NCBI GenBank assembly: GCA_965178125.1
Contig: OZ237773.1
Span: 186,001 to 250,000, forward strand
Length of the DNA stretch: 64,000 nucleotides
Direction: 5' to 3'
Source of the DNA: Bilabrum cf. latius
Lineage: Eukaryota
Shown: piece after piece, positions 26,160-39,541 of the stretch
How the letters are laid out: the number at the start of each line of letters is the position of its first letter
Numbering within the stretch: the stretch's first letter is position 1
The notes under the pieces: model-generated
Database searches by the model: none
Told to the model about the DNA's origin: nothing
The model's input: the letters and a program-made list of their open reading frames with translations, nothing else
Program-made: the position numbers and the translations under genes

Positions 26160-29100
26160 ATGGCTGCTGAGAGTGGGGCTGCCGGTGGTGATCAATCGCA
26201 AGAGGATCGTTTCGCTGAAGTTCCTCCCCCACTGCCTGCAAGCGTACTGGATGTCTATCGCATAACCAGGGTGGGTTCTTCGTCGTAGAGGCGGAAACTT
26301 GCTTTACCACTGCTGGACCGCTGCAAGAAGCCAAAATCCGGCAGGGCTCTACTCAGCCGCGGTGGATTTGGGGCGGTGTTTCGCATCGCGCTGTCGAAAG
26401 TCAGCAGTGGTGCTGCGGCCACCGCTTCCCGGCGCAAGTTCGATTATATTGCTGTTAAAGCCGTCTTTAACTGGGGGCTGTCTTCGTCCAAACTCGAAAC
26501 CGTTGATTCGCAAAAAGAGTTTGAAATCCTGACTCGCTTGCCCGAGCATCGCAACCTTTTTCGCCTCTTGTTCGAGTGCGTATGCACACCGCCAGTGTGG
26601 ATGGTTGAAATGCTGCCAGATCCTTCATTGGTATGCATAGATGCAGGCGATGACGATGACGATGAAGATGTGGACGTAGACGAGGACGAGGATGAAATGC
26701 CAACCCGGGCCGGAAATGTAGCCGCCCAACTGCTCCACCCGCGCGAGGCTCAAATGATGGGCATTGAGCTCCTGCAGAGGCGCATGTGCGATCATATGCA
26801 GATCCTTCAGTTACGTGAGACAGGTTCTGTGCCTGATGATGTGCTGGTGCAGCTGTCCAGAGACATCGCGGAGGGCGTGCATCACCTGCTCAAGCACGGG
26901 GTGGTGCACCGTGACCTGAAGCTGGACAACGTGATGTGGGACTCGAAGGGGGGTCCGGAGGGCGTGGGTCGGGCGGTGCTCGTCAGTCTCGGGTGCTCAC
27001 TGCGTGCGCACGTGGATGGTTCGGGTGCGGGGGCAGGATCGGGAGGTGCTGCATCCTCCTCATCCTCATCCTCATCCGCCTCATCCTCCTCGTCCTCATC
27101 CTCCTCCTCGTCCTCCTCGGCCTCCTCGTCCGCCTCATCCGCCTCATCGTCGTCAAGATCTGCGTCCTTCTGTTCCGCATCGGCGTCCACAGCTGCGTCT
27201 TTGGACGATCCAAGCCTTTCAGATAGCGCTCTGGAAACTGCTGCAATGAATGCATTAGATCGGGTCACATACCGATACCTGAAGGATGGTGGTGACGGGC
27301 TGGGCGGTAATCAGGCCCACCTGGCCCCTGAGGTGCTGGACGGGTGGAACAAGGGGGCGGCAGGGGACGACACAGCCGAGATACCGTTCGGAAAGCAGCC
27401 ATCATGGGCGCTTGGCGTGCTGCTGCACGAGCTGGCCACGGGAGGGCAGCACCCGTTTGGACACCTGTATCCTGGTGAGCTGTCAGATGGGGGCAGACCG
27501 AAATCCGGCGAGCTAACACTCGCCATGCATTCGTGCAAAGACAAGACAGCCGGCCCCGACATGCTGTCGGAGCGTCCTTCATGGTACGCGGACATGGTGC
27601 AAAAGCTGCTGTGCATCGACCCGGGAGACAGGATGCCAGTCTGGGAAGCGGTGGCCCTGCTTCGATCAAGCGGAAGAGGTGCTTCTGGCTTCCCAGCGAG
27701 CTGTGATATTGGGGAGTACTTGCCTTCGCTACTTGCGGGCGGGGAGCCTTGCAGTGCTGCAGCGATAAAGGTAAAAGCGAAAGTGGATGGGCTGGTAGTG
27801 GGTGGGGACTGGGACGGCATATACTGTGTGCTGTGGCAGCTGCAAATGGAGCCAGACATCCCAAGAGAAGCGGACTTGTCTCCTGTCGTTCAACAAATGA
27901 TCAAGACCATTTGCCATGGAGCTCATGCGCACTTTTAGGCTGATCCACGCGAACCCGAGAGACTCGTAAAGTGCCTGGCAGAGGGTGGGGACGAGGCTCT
28001 GCGAGCAGGAATCGCTGCTCATGTGATCGCGCAGGTCTGCCTGAGACACAGCGGCTCCCCCGGAAAATTTCTAGCTTTACGCGTTCTACCGAGCCTAGTA
28101 TCCCTTCTATCGTCAGAGAATGGTGAGGAAGCGGCATGTGCGGCCGAGGCCCTCTGGGGTGTCTCGTCGGGGTCAGATGATGTCAAGCTAGCCGTCGTGG
28201 ACGGCGGCGCACTCCCAGGTTTAGTCGCGCTTGTCGGGTCAGAGGCCGATAGAGCGGTCGATTTTGCGGCTAACGCACTCAATTGCCTCACGAGTGGTCC
28301 ACATTGTGTTCGAGAGGCCATCGTGAAAGCGGATACGCTGCGTGGGCTTGTGGGCCTTCTCAGCTCTAGCAAGGTAGAGCTAGTGGAGAGTGCCGCGAGT
28401 GCGCTGTGGAACATCGCTGCTGGAAAAAACATCCTGAAGCAGGCTGTGGTAGGTGCCAATGCTTTGCCTCATCTCGTGGCGTTGCTGGGCTCGAATGAGG
28501 GTGGAGAGGCGGAGTGTGCAGCTGGTGTGCTCAGAAACGTTGCATCAGGCCCTGACGCCTTGAAGGTGAAAATTGTAGAGGCAGGTGCAATGCCTGGTCT
28601 CACGGCCATGCTTTATTCCGAAAAGGGGTGGGAGGCTGAATGCGCAGCTGAGGCGATGTTTTTCATAGCTGCAGGTCCCAACAAAGTGAAGCAATCCGTG
28701 GTTGATGCTGGCGCGTTGCGTTGGCTGGTGGTGCTGGTCGGATGGAATGTCGGTAAATCCGCTGAGTATGCGGCCGGGACGCTGTGGAATGTGAGCGCAG
28801 GGCCAGATGACCTGAAGCAGGCCGTGGTGGATTCGAAGGCGCTTCCCGGCCTTGTGGCGCTGCTTGGATCCAGTAAAGGTAGGGAGGCCGAGTACGCGGC
28901 AGGAGCTTTAAGGGAGGTGGCTGCTGGGGCAGATGGCATGCAATCGGAAGTGACCGATACTGGCGCGCTGCCAGGTCTCGTGGCTATGCTTGGATCAACC
29001 GAAGGTGCATCCGCTGCATGTGCGGCAGGCGCCCTTTGGAATATCACGACAGGTGCGGACGACTTGAAGCATCTGGTTGTGGATGCTGGGGCACTCCCGG

Positions 29101-29996
29101 GATTGGTGAGTCTTCTGAAGTCGACCAAGGACGACGAAGCGGCATGGGCAGCAGGTGCTCTGCAGAACGTGGCAGGATTAGACGATACTGTCAAGCAGGC
29201 GCTGCTGGATGCAGGAGCGTTGCCCGGGCTTGTGTTCTTGCTGGGGTCCATCGTGGACACCGAGGCCGAACGAGCAGCTGCCACCTTGGGGAATGTGTGC
29301 ACTGGCCCTGATAGCATGAAACAGGCGGTGATCGACGCGGGTGCGCTGCCTGAGCTTGTGTCACTTCTTGGGTCCACCAAGGGCAGGGAGGCCGAGTGTG
29401 CGGCCTGGGTCCTGCAGAACGTGACGACTGGGCCGACAAGCATGAGCAACGCGGTTCTAAGTGCGGGCGCACTCGCCGGTCTCGTGCCATTACTTGGATC
29501 AAGCGAGGGCGAGGGGGCGGAGAGTGCAGCCGGAACATTGTCAAACATGGCCATAGGCCCGGACTCTGCGAAGAAGGCCGTGGTGGACGCCGATGCTCTT
29601 CCTGGACTGGTGATTTTGCTAGGATCTAGGAAGACGACGGAGGCAGGCCGTGCAGCCGGTGCAATCAGTGGGCTGTGCGCTGGATCCACGGATCTGAAAC
29701 AGGCTGTTGTGGATGCCAGTGCTCTGCCTGGGCTCGTTGGCTTGCTTGGGTCCAGGAATGGCAACGAGGCCCTAAAGGCAGCTACAGCGCTGCAATTGAT
29801 TGCAATCGGGTCGCCTGACCTAGCCCAGGCAGTGGTGGATGCCGGCTCGGTGGATCCCTTGAAGCGACTGCGGGAGTCCGGTAGCGGCGACGTGGTCCAT
29901 GTTGCAGGGCACGCCATCTCGGTGCTGGCCCGTATGGCGAGGGGGGTGGATCCCGATGCGGTGCATCGCATGAAGAGGAGGAGAGTGGGGAAGTGA
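26160..29996 (+). CDS. PINK1-like Ser/Thr (pseudo)kinase fused to ~15 armadillo repeats (~1278 aa)
   Basis: ATG at 26160. TAG at 26286 and 27936 join the kinase (GGFGAVF, AVK, HRDLKLDN, GGNQAHLAPEV, WALG..LHEL) to 42-aa ARM repeats (VVDAGALPGLVxLLGS...AAGALWN). TGA at 29994-29996. Confidence 0.88.
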
Positions 29997-30291
29997 TGAA
30001 CCGTAAGGCGAGAGGTTGGCGTACATGGATGCGGTGGAACAACACTGGCAGTGGGAGCACTTTGCAGCTGATGCTATGGCTGTATGGCTGTACGAGATAA
30101 TGTATCGCCTGCAGGTTTATCGATTGCAATACCAGCACCTGGGATAGTTTGTGTCTTGTACACTTTAATCACCATTTGATTGGCACAAGCATTGCAGGTG
30201 GACCAGTCTTGCGCGCGGCGCCTTCTCGATATTGGTTCCGCGTCTGACATGGCCAGCAAAAACTGAGCCTAACCTACACAGAAATCGCAAC

Positions 30292-30646
30292 ATGTCATTG
30301 AGATTGGCGACAAAAAATGCTCTTACTGGACTTCTGATTGCAGGGGGCGCAACAGGAATCTATCTATTCACAATGTCACGCATGCGAGCTGTGAGTGTAC
30401 CAGCCGTATTCCCATGCTATGCTTCGTCTGCGGTGGCAGGGGAGCCATCAACTTACAATCACTGTCTTATTACGCATGTTTTCCCATGTTGTCATGCAGA
30501 CAAACTTGAACGACATCGATGAGGAATTGAAGGCTCTGCAGGCATCGGAAAGGAAGAAGACGCCAGTTGCCGCGCAAGATAGTGCGTCAAATGGATCAAC
30601 AGAACGACAATCTGATATCGGTGGATCCGGCGATGGTCGAGGTTGA
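30292..30646 (+). CDS. COA3: Cytochrome c oxidase assembly factor 3-like (COA3/CCDC56); exons 30292-30390 and 30500-30646
   Basis: KNALTGLLIAGGATGIYLFTM TM helix followed by acidic NDIDEELK. Intron GTGAGT...CAG 30391-30499; TGA. Confidence 0.65.
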
Positions 30647-30743
30647 TATCTGCGCTCATAGCTTGGGCAGCATTTGAACAGATTTGACGAACAGGAAGGC
30701 ACCATCAGTCTCTTTCAGTCCCTAATCAATCTACACGGAACCA

Positions 30744-32057
30744 TCAGCCCGATTTCATCGGGACAATCCTGAACCTGTAGACATCATCGCTAAGTGCGGC
30801 CACATTCCGACTTACCTAGCCGCTTTCCACAGACCTTCTATCCTCTCCATGTCTGCTGCCGCGCCCTGCAGCAGAGGGACCCGCGCTACCGTGCCCTGCA
30901 CCCCCAGCCGCGGCACCCAACGCTTTACCACCACCCTCAGGCCCATCCCCGCCCTCACCCCCAAAGGCTCCCCCCGCCCCCGCCATCATGGCCTCACTCC
31001 CCCTCTCCCTGAGAAGCCTCCGGAGCCCCCGCAGGAAGCTATCAGCCGCTTCGCACAGGGCACCGACCTCCTCCCAGTCCCCGCCCATCCTGCCCCCATG
31101 GACGTCCAACCACCTCCTAAGACGCCGCAGCCGCCCTCCCGCCCTGGACAGCTGCCCTGCCTGGGCCTCGCCGTACACGAGATGCAGCTCGCAGCGGAGA
31201 GCTGCGGCATACCTCCCGGCCAGCAGGCATATCTTCTGCTACGCAAGTGCCATGCGGCGAGCGTGCCGCAGCTGCCGGCACATGAAATGTCCCCCGCCTA
31301 AAGTTGATGCCAGCGCTGAAAGAGACCCCAGCGTGGCCTCACGGCGCTCCCAGGCGCCAAGCCTCCTGCACCAAGACAGGCCGGGCACGCGGCGGGCTGG
31401 GTCTGCGGCGAGAATCGCCGGTACCAAGATATGGACGTGGCAAGTAGCAGGACGGCTTGAACAAACAGATTCGTGGCCTGTTACCCTGCCACTGGTGGGA
31501 TCGGATGCCCGGCCGGACTCGTCCCCAGAGGGGCCGGCGCCACCGCCAGATTGCGCGGAGGATTCGGCGCCTTGCTGATCATCATGATGATCATCTCCAC
31601 TGCTAATCGATGGTGAAGCTTTGTCCCGGAAAAACCGAAGTGCTATAGCTTGGCCGGTTCTTACCACGCCTTGCTCCACTGCAATGAATCTGCAGGAATG
31701 GTTGCGAGCCTGACACTCGCTTGCAGGGGTGCGTTCGTGTTCCTGAACGAATCGACGAGCTGCAACGGACCCAATGACTCTACCCCGTTGCCACTGTATG
31801 CCTGAATGCATGCTATTGATGCCCTACGAATGCTTCTGCCGCATTCGCTGGCGCTGTGTGCGATCGCCAGCAGTCGCCTCGACTGTGCGACCTATAGTAT
31901 CACTACTTGATAAAATTGCAAACGAAAATGAATTAGTAGCATATTGGCTGGTGCCGGCACTGCGCATAGCTCGTTGAAGTGCAACTCGCTCGCCACGCAA
32001 GAAATACCCCAACGAATCAGCAGTAGCAGGAGCAAACATGGTATGGAGAAGCGACAT
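30744..32057 (-). CDS. DUF4807-like protein (5' end uncertain)
   Basis: ORFs 31824-32069, 31239-31811 and 30816-31178 are in one frame via TAG. Motif STLGGGHFMCR...A[Q]QKIC..G...LRCELHLVY...QAG; TGA at 30744. Confidence 0.55.
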
Positions 32058-32226
32058 GTAAGCGTGCACGTATACCCGCGCTGTGCTTCAAATCTTTCCA
32101 ACGGAGCTTTCGAAGTGCGTAAAAAAAAAGGCCTACTAGTACTCGTCATCGTATCAAGCCAACAAAAAGTGCAACTGCAGCGCGCTAGTTACCCTTTGCC
32201 TCGAAATATGTTTGACGCAACATAAT

Positions 32227-33656
32227 ATGGAAACCTCAGCAAAGGGGCTCCGCTCGATCGGGTTGCACTAGGATGTCCATGGGCGGATAAAATCAGCGCA
32301 TTGGCATGCTCTCCGTGGTCCCCGAGCACCGGTTCGTGCGCTTGACCACGGCGGAGTAGCACAACAGGAAAATCGCAACACAATGGATGCAAGGTATGCA
32401 TTTAGTGCCCCCCGCGTAGCTCCCTTCGCTGAGGATATTGTTCATGCTCAGCCTAACCAGCTCGTGGCAAGGTTGGACGCAGCCATGGCGAAAACGTCAC
32501 TGATTTAGCATGTATCCCGTGATGATCTAGGCGCTTCCGGGGGGTTGATAGGTACAAATAGATTTAGAGCTTATGGTAATCGTAGGCTGTCGGGGAAGTA
32601 CGATCACTTGCGGAAGGCCCAGGAGCTATCAGCGCTACTTGCAGCAGCAATCGGCGATTTTCGGTCCATGCCGCGAGCTGTCACTGAAGCCGCAGAGCGA
32701 CTGTGCGACGAGTTAGACGATGTATTCAAAGGCCTGTATCAGCACCACTGGAGGAGTACCGGCCTGCGACTGGGACACACAGACAGGTCGCCGGGAGGCC
32801 TGGGCGCCTCTTCCGCTGGTCGGCAGTGGCTGCTGATGAGGGGGGCTCTCTCGTCCACTGCGCACAGCCTGGTGCACGCCGACCACCTTTGGGGACCTCG
32901 GATGCTAGCCCTCTATGCCAGGCTGGCCGGACCACCCGGTGCGCCACTGCAGTGCGATGCATTTGGCAACGCGATCGCAGGGAGTCGCCCCCCCGCTGGG
33001 TCGGTGCCTCCGGGCCCTGGTCCTGGCCCTGGTCCTGGCCCTGGCCCTGGCCCTGGTCCTGGCCCTGGCCCTGGCCTTGGCCTTGGCCATGGCCATGGAG
33101 AGGAAGTGAGAGAAGGAGAAGGAGAAGGAGAAGGAGAGGGAGAAGGAGATCCGATGGATCCCGTTAGCATCCAGGGAGCACAAAGGACCCAAGCAACAGC
33201 GAGGCTTACTCTCCCCGAGGCGGCAGCCAGGATGGCAGGTGCCGACCCAAGAACGGCGCGGCGACATGCCTCACGGCTGCTCCGATCGTCTGCGGAGGTC
33301 GCTGAGGCGGATTTTCGCGCCGCGTCAGAGGCAGCCCGCCTGATCCGATCCGCTGCGACGGCGGCAGAATGGGTGGGTGGTGACCCGGGCGTGCTCGCTC
33401 TAGAGGCCGGGCACATGCAGCGCGCGGTTGTTGCCATGCACCGCAGCCTCTTTCTGCGGCAGTGCAGTGCAGCTTTTCAGAGGATGGTGGGAGGGGGTGG
33501 GCGCGGGGGAGGCGATGGGGTGTGGGGTTCGAGGGGTGCTGGAAGTGACGGTGATGGGGGTGTGACGAGTGCGGCTGCCAAGGTGCGAGTGCCTAAGCGG
33601 GTGGGCATGGCTGCTTCCTCTAGCGATGATGACGATGACGATAGCGATGATTCAAG

Positions 33657-33690
<34 letters not shown>

Positions 33691-36690
33691 GGGGGTGATA
33701 GGAGTGCCAGACGTGGCGTCAACACGCCCGGGACACAGGGCCTCGATCGCGGCGGACTCGGAATCGGAGAACAGTCATCGCTTAAAGATGGAACCAATCA
33801 AAAAGATGATCGTGAAGATGATGGCGGGGCAGACGACGGGGGCGATGACTGGCTGTTTGGAGGAGACAGCGACGGCGATGGAGATGGAGATGTAGATGAA
33901 GGCGACGGTGCAGCAGGTGCAGCAAGCAGTTCTGTGACTGAACAGGGTGGCGTGAGGCAGAAAACCGAATCGAGCCAAAGCGAAACCACACCAGCTGGCA
34001 TGCAACCGAGCAGTGGTAGGGAAGGTGCAGGCAGCGAGGACGAAGGCAATGAAGGTGACGATGACGGCGGGCTCTTCGCGGGTCTGCTGGACGGCGATGG
34101 TAAAGACGACAAGGATTCGGATAATTCAGGCCCAGGGTCTCCGGCAAATGCACCCAATGGGATTGGTAGCGGTGGCGGTATGCGACTGTCGCAGTCCTCT
34201 GTCGTGAGCATGCCTGAGCCATCGGACCGATCCACAGGTTAGGGCTACACAGGTCCTGGTGAGGCCGATAGCAGGTCACCTGTATCGAGCATGAAAGGCG
34301 GATCCAGTGGCGGGGCGAGCTTAGGTCAGCCGCAGTACGTTTCGGACAAAGGAAACTCCGTGCGATTCGAATCCACGCCAGGGGGGTAGCAGCCCATGGA
34401 CACTGGCGGAGATGATGACGAAGAAAACACGGACGGAGGGAGCATCGGCTCCACTGACACTGGCGCGGATGACTTCGGCTCTGACGATGGAGGCAACAAC
34501 ATTGCCTCGGCTGCGCAATCCAATAGGAAGACCAAAGAGCTTCCGCCACTGGGTCCAGGCAATGCCGGCGCTCCCAGTACCGGCGGCACTTCCACTCACC
34601 GCGGCAAGCCAGGACTGGTGAATCAAGAACAAGTCGGATCTGCAGGTTGCAGTGGTGTGGCGAGGTCTAGACCGAGAGATCCGAGGTCAGGGAATAAGCA
34701 AGGTCCCAGGTCAGGGAACAGGCGCCTCAGGCTGGTTCGGCTGCCTTGGTCTCAGGAAGAGCAAGATGCTTGCTGTGGTTCTGAGGCTGACCAAGCCGAC
34801 GGTGAAAGCGTTGCGAGTCTAGCTCACTGCATCGCTGCAGACGGGCAGCTGCATTCCATCGAGCTGCCTGTAATCCAGGGCCACCCCGCCGATGGTTCAA
34901 TCCTGTGCACCAAAAGGCAGGAAGAACTCAAAGCCTTTGGAGTAATCGAGGCAGCCTACGTGCTGGACGCACTCGCCATGGCTCTGTCGGGCAGGGGTCT
35001 TCATGCTGCCGCGTGCCTGCTGCAGCTGCTGTTGGAGCGTGCTACTGGTGGCAATGCTGCCGAAATTCAAAGTGGTGGCTTGGTCTCTTGGAAGCAATTG
35101 GCCAATTGGCTTGCGGACGGTGCGAGACAGCAGCCGTCATAGGAGGTACCCGGGGGCTGCAAGAGCTAGTCCGAGGTATTGAATTCTGGTACGCTTGGGT
35201 CAGGGCTAGCTGCTCTGATAGACGTGGTGAAATGCGCCTACATAGGGTGCACGGCATTGCCATTCCTTACCAGTGCCCAGGTGGCAGGTGCTTTGTTGTT
35301 CTTTCAGTACGGAGAGGGCCTTGAGGAGCTGGACCAGTGGCACAATCAGGAGCAGCTGGAGTCTGCGGGTTCGTTGCAAGCTGATGCATCGAGTGCTGTT
35401 CACCAGGATGTAATGCAATCGGGTGGCAAATCGAGGCTTTCTGCGACAAATGGGCCCCGTGCCGTGCTCTCTGTTCTCTCCAGCCGACTGCATGCCATCG
35501 CTAGTGTTGCTGCAGACACCGGCTGCTGGATGGATGGGCCCATTCCATCCCATGGCAGCTAGGCGTTTCGGTAGGAGCTTGCGAGGGTTCGATTCCATCT
35601 GCAGTCGGAGGCTCCAGGGCGTAGATTAGGTGTTCCGGTGAGCCCGATCATCTCGTCAGGCGGTATAGCATCAGGGGGGGCTGCTCCTGCAGCATTTCCT
35701 GGTGCGTCCGTGATGCTAAGGTCGCGTCCAGCCATCTCGAGTTTAGCTTAGGAATCGTCCCAGGGAAGCAGTGAGCACCATGGTGTCACAGGAGTGCGAT
35801 GCATCTCTCTAGCTTCAGCCTGTCTCAGCCACAAAGGGGTGGATCGGTTTAACACGATTGGGGCAGGGCTGCACACAGGAGGACTGGAGGAGCCTAAAAG
35901 CAAGCAGAATAGCCCAGGTGCTATTCCGGTTGATGCGGGCACGGGTGGCGTGGCTGTCCCAATGACTTCATCTTCCTCCCCAGACGATACGCAAGCCGCC
36001 CAAACAGCAGAAGAAGCTGCCGAGGATCAGCGGCAGCAGGCGATTGACGAGACAGTGAGGCTGGAGACACTCGGGCGCGAGGCGGCCGCTGCGGTGCATC
36101 GGCTAGAAGCATTCCCAAAGATCGGATTGGAATCCATCCGCGGACTGCGATCGCGGCGAAGGAGCAGCCGCCGAGGCGCTGACAACGGCCATGAAGGGCT
36201 CAGGCGTGCTGCGTGGGAGGCGCTCCGTCAGCTGGCGGGGTTTGACCCAGACGGACTGGGGGCGGGCGATGAGGCAGGCAGCGTGGGCGCCGGCGCTGGG
36301 ACTGCGGTTGCGACCGGTCGGAGCGGTAGAATGGGTGCTCGTTCGTAGCATCGGCCCCGCCGCCATCGCCGAAGCACCTTCGGTACCGGGCACCGTTCGA
36401 ATGCGAGGCATAGGGCGAGGCGTGGCAGGCGCTCCTCGCTGATGCCTCACCGCAAGAGCGGCGGCATGGGCGCGATGCTGGCCAGGAGGGGCGATGAGGA
36501 CGAGGACGAGCAAGAGGACAGTAGCAGCAGTGACAGCGACAGCGATCCCGATTCTTTTGGCGGCAGCAAGGGTGGTGATGACTCGGATCATGGTCATAGG
36601 CGAGTTCGACTGAGGGACTCCACCGGTGGATTGAAGCACGCACGGGCCAGTGCTGTTCACCCCGGCCAAGCCAATCATCGCGCCAGAACC

Positions 36691-36758
<68 letters not shown>

Positions 36759-37776
36759 CAGTGCCTCCGGTGCGACCGGTTCCAACCAAGGTGTATCACA
36801 CGATGGTGCGCTCCGGATCCACTCGAAGGCAGCCCGTAGCCTCTCGGTCGCAATGGGCGGCCATCTCAGCGATGCACGAACAGGCAATGCTCTCGAGCAA
36901 CGGCGGTACGCGAGCAAAGATACAGCCTCTAATGGGATCATGGGCGCGGCATCGAGTGAAGTATTTCGGAAGGATGGCACTACTCATACCGAGCCAGGTG
37001 CATTCGGGAATTCACATGGTGGTGCCAGGCCTAGCACAGACGGCCAGGCACACATCCCAGGGACAGAGTAGGCAAGCGACACCGACTCAGTATTCGAGGG
37101 ACCTGCAGTAGACAACAACCGGCCCGAGGTTGGCACTGACCCCCTCCGGCACCCCTGTCCCATCCTGCGCGTGCCCCGGCCCCACGTTGACCTGGCCCCT
37201 CTGGACGTTTCGGCTGCTGGTGCCTTGGATGCGCTCCAGCAAGCTGACTCGCTGGCGCTGCACCGTGTGACGGTATGCGATTACGGTATGACGGCCATGC
37301 AGAGGGACTGGTGGGCGGCTGCTACAGGTGTGACGAGTGATGGACCGCTGTGCGAGGCCGTGTCACTAGCAAGGCCTGACCCGATCAGGATCGCTCGGGG
37401 CTGTGGGGATGCGGACGACGGCCCTGGTGATGTTGGGCACACAAACGGTACCGACGTTGGAGTAATTGATAGCCGCGATCAATCAGGTCGATCATCCGGC
37501 ATAGATCGGCAAGGCCCCTCCACTGGACCGCCAGATGAGCAGCAGCGTGACAATCGTCATCTTCGGCCAAGCGAAGCAGGCCTTGGCAGAGGTCCGGGTC
37601 AAGTAAACCACTCCAGTCCATGCGCCGCACCTGAAGATTAGGTTGCCATGGATGGGTCCGAAGATTCAAATGCCGGTAGCAGTGATTCAGACATAGCCAG
37701 TCGGGATTGTGCTGATCCTGCGTCACCTGTCCAAGCAGGTGAGCGAGCTGCTGGTCAGTCACAGCAATCACCAGGT

Positions 37777-37810
<34 letters not shown>

Positions 37811-39291
37811 GCGCAGTCACGCAGCTCCCGCCCCACACGCAGGCCAGCGGATAGGTGGACTCGGCCTGGCGCGCACTGGCTCTATCCAGGGAACAAATGG
37901 GCCTGTGCATCGACTCGCGGGCCGCATTGCTCACGGGGATCATGGCAGCGAGTGGTAGTATGTGGCGGGTGGAAATGGCACTGAGAAGCTCTGCGGACAT
38001 GCGCGGGCTGTGCCTGTTCCACAGCAAGGCGCACTTGGAGTACGCTGGACGGGTTGCACCGAGTTGTGCGGTGGATCTGCTCCGTGTGTGCAGTGACCAG
38101 CTGGGGTCTGCGGCTGCCAGCTCGGTGGCAGCACTGGATGGAATCGGAAAGGGGTAGGCTCCAAGGGCATTGGCGCTTGGGAGGCCTGGCGTGCCCATGG
38201 AGCTCCTGTGCAGAAATACCAAGTCTGAATGTGGCATCAAGGTGTTATTGGAGTAGGGCAGACAGGTGTCGGCCTCCACCACTGCCGAAGCCGTGCATGG
38301 ATCCGGGCAGGCCGCTGGTCTTGATGATCTCATTTCACATGACGGAGGAGAGAGGGCTGAGATATGTGACACTGGCAGCGAGTCATCTAATAATGGTCTG
38401 GAAGCAGCCGAGGACGAATCTGCCTCCAAGGTCCGGCTGTCGATGTGGCATGCACGAGCCGAGGAATCGTTCCAGTTGCAGCTGCTCGCAAAGACGGACC
38501 AAGTGGACGTGCTGTGCGGGGGCGGGACCCAGGGCCGACAGAGGAGTGCGCAGGCCGTGGAGAGGGGCGGGAGCACTGCACTGCGGTGCTTCGGGTGGCT
38601 CAGAGAGGAGGCTGCGGGGGCCAACGGCACGCTTGGGTGCTGGTGTATAGCAGCTGCTATGCGCTGCGATGCGATGTCGCGGCAGGTGGCAGAGGCGATA
38701 CAGCGAGCCGATGTTGTTTGCTTGGCAGCAGAGTGCTCGAGACTGGTGCTGGCGGGATGCGTGGCGCCTCAACTTGCGGAACCATTTGCTGTACTGGCTG
38801 CTGTGGCCGATGCTGTACGAGCCTCGGGTGCACTGCATGCCTGCTTAGTTGGCGATGTAGGAGATGAAGCGGTCGATGCAATGGACAACTTGCTTGCAAA
38901 CTTGCAAGATGCCTGCAGCGGTGCGAGATCGGATCAAAATAGCCTGGGCTAGGGGTCTCCTGGGCTAATTGAGCTTGTGCAGGCGTGTCGAGCCCTTGTC
39001 AGCGAGAATGTGCTTGAGCATCGCATGCCCTATCCATAGGATCGAGCTGCTAGTTCAGGCCATGGTGTGGCTGCACTTGAGACGCAAGTGTTTGCCGACG
39101 ATAGATCTGATCGTGGTGAGCACCCGAGCGCATCGTTGTCGCTGCTGGTGTCTATTTTACAACTTTGGGAGGTCACCATGGTAGGGAAATCCACTGCCGG
39201 AGATGCGCCGGTCCTTCCCAGCCCGCCCAAGGGGAGCGTGGTGGCGCTGGCAGGTAAACTGATTGTTTCAATGGCCTTACCATAGGATTAA
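32227..39291 (+). CDS. Giant low-complexity protein of unknown function (~2350 aa; 3' end may be spliced to ~39500)
   Basis: ATG at 32227. Eleven track ORFs from 32545 to 39285 lie in one frame with ~18 TAG and no TAA/TGA until TAA 39289-39291. Candidate splice donors at 39254 and 39296. Confidence 0.78.
33016..33147. repeat. Hexamer tandem repeats (CCTGGY)n and (GAAGGA)n encoding (PG)n and (EG)n
   Basis: Directly visible. Confidence 0.9.
36693..36762. repeat. (AGC)n microsatellite encoding poly-Ser
   Basis: Directly visible; shorter copies at ~33661 and ~37778. Confidence 0.95.
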
Positions 39292-39541
39292 ATCGGTAAG
39301 TAGCCGAAAACAACCATCTCACCGCCGCGGTAATCAACTTTAGGGCAGCGCTGGTCCCGAACAGGCAGTCGATCTATACTAGGAGGGTGTGCCGGCATCT
39401 GGTGCTGCTGGAGGGAGCGTGGAGGCTGACGCCGCCCTGATAGGAAGTGGAGGTTGGCCCTCAGGGTGGTGCCCCAGGGGCCTAGACAACTGCAGCTGAT
39501 GGGCAAATCATCGTGGGTTCCGGGCCATAGTTTAAGATCGG

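Noticed and set aside
28613-29971. 452-aa minus-strand ORF
   Set aside because: Antisense shadow of the ARM-repeat coding region
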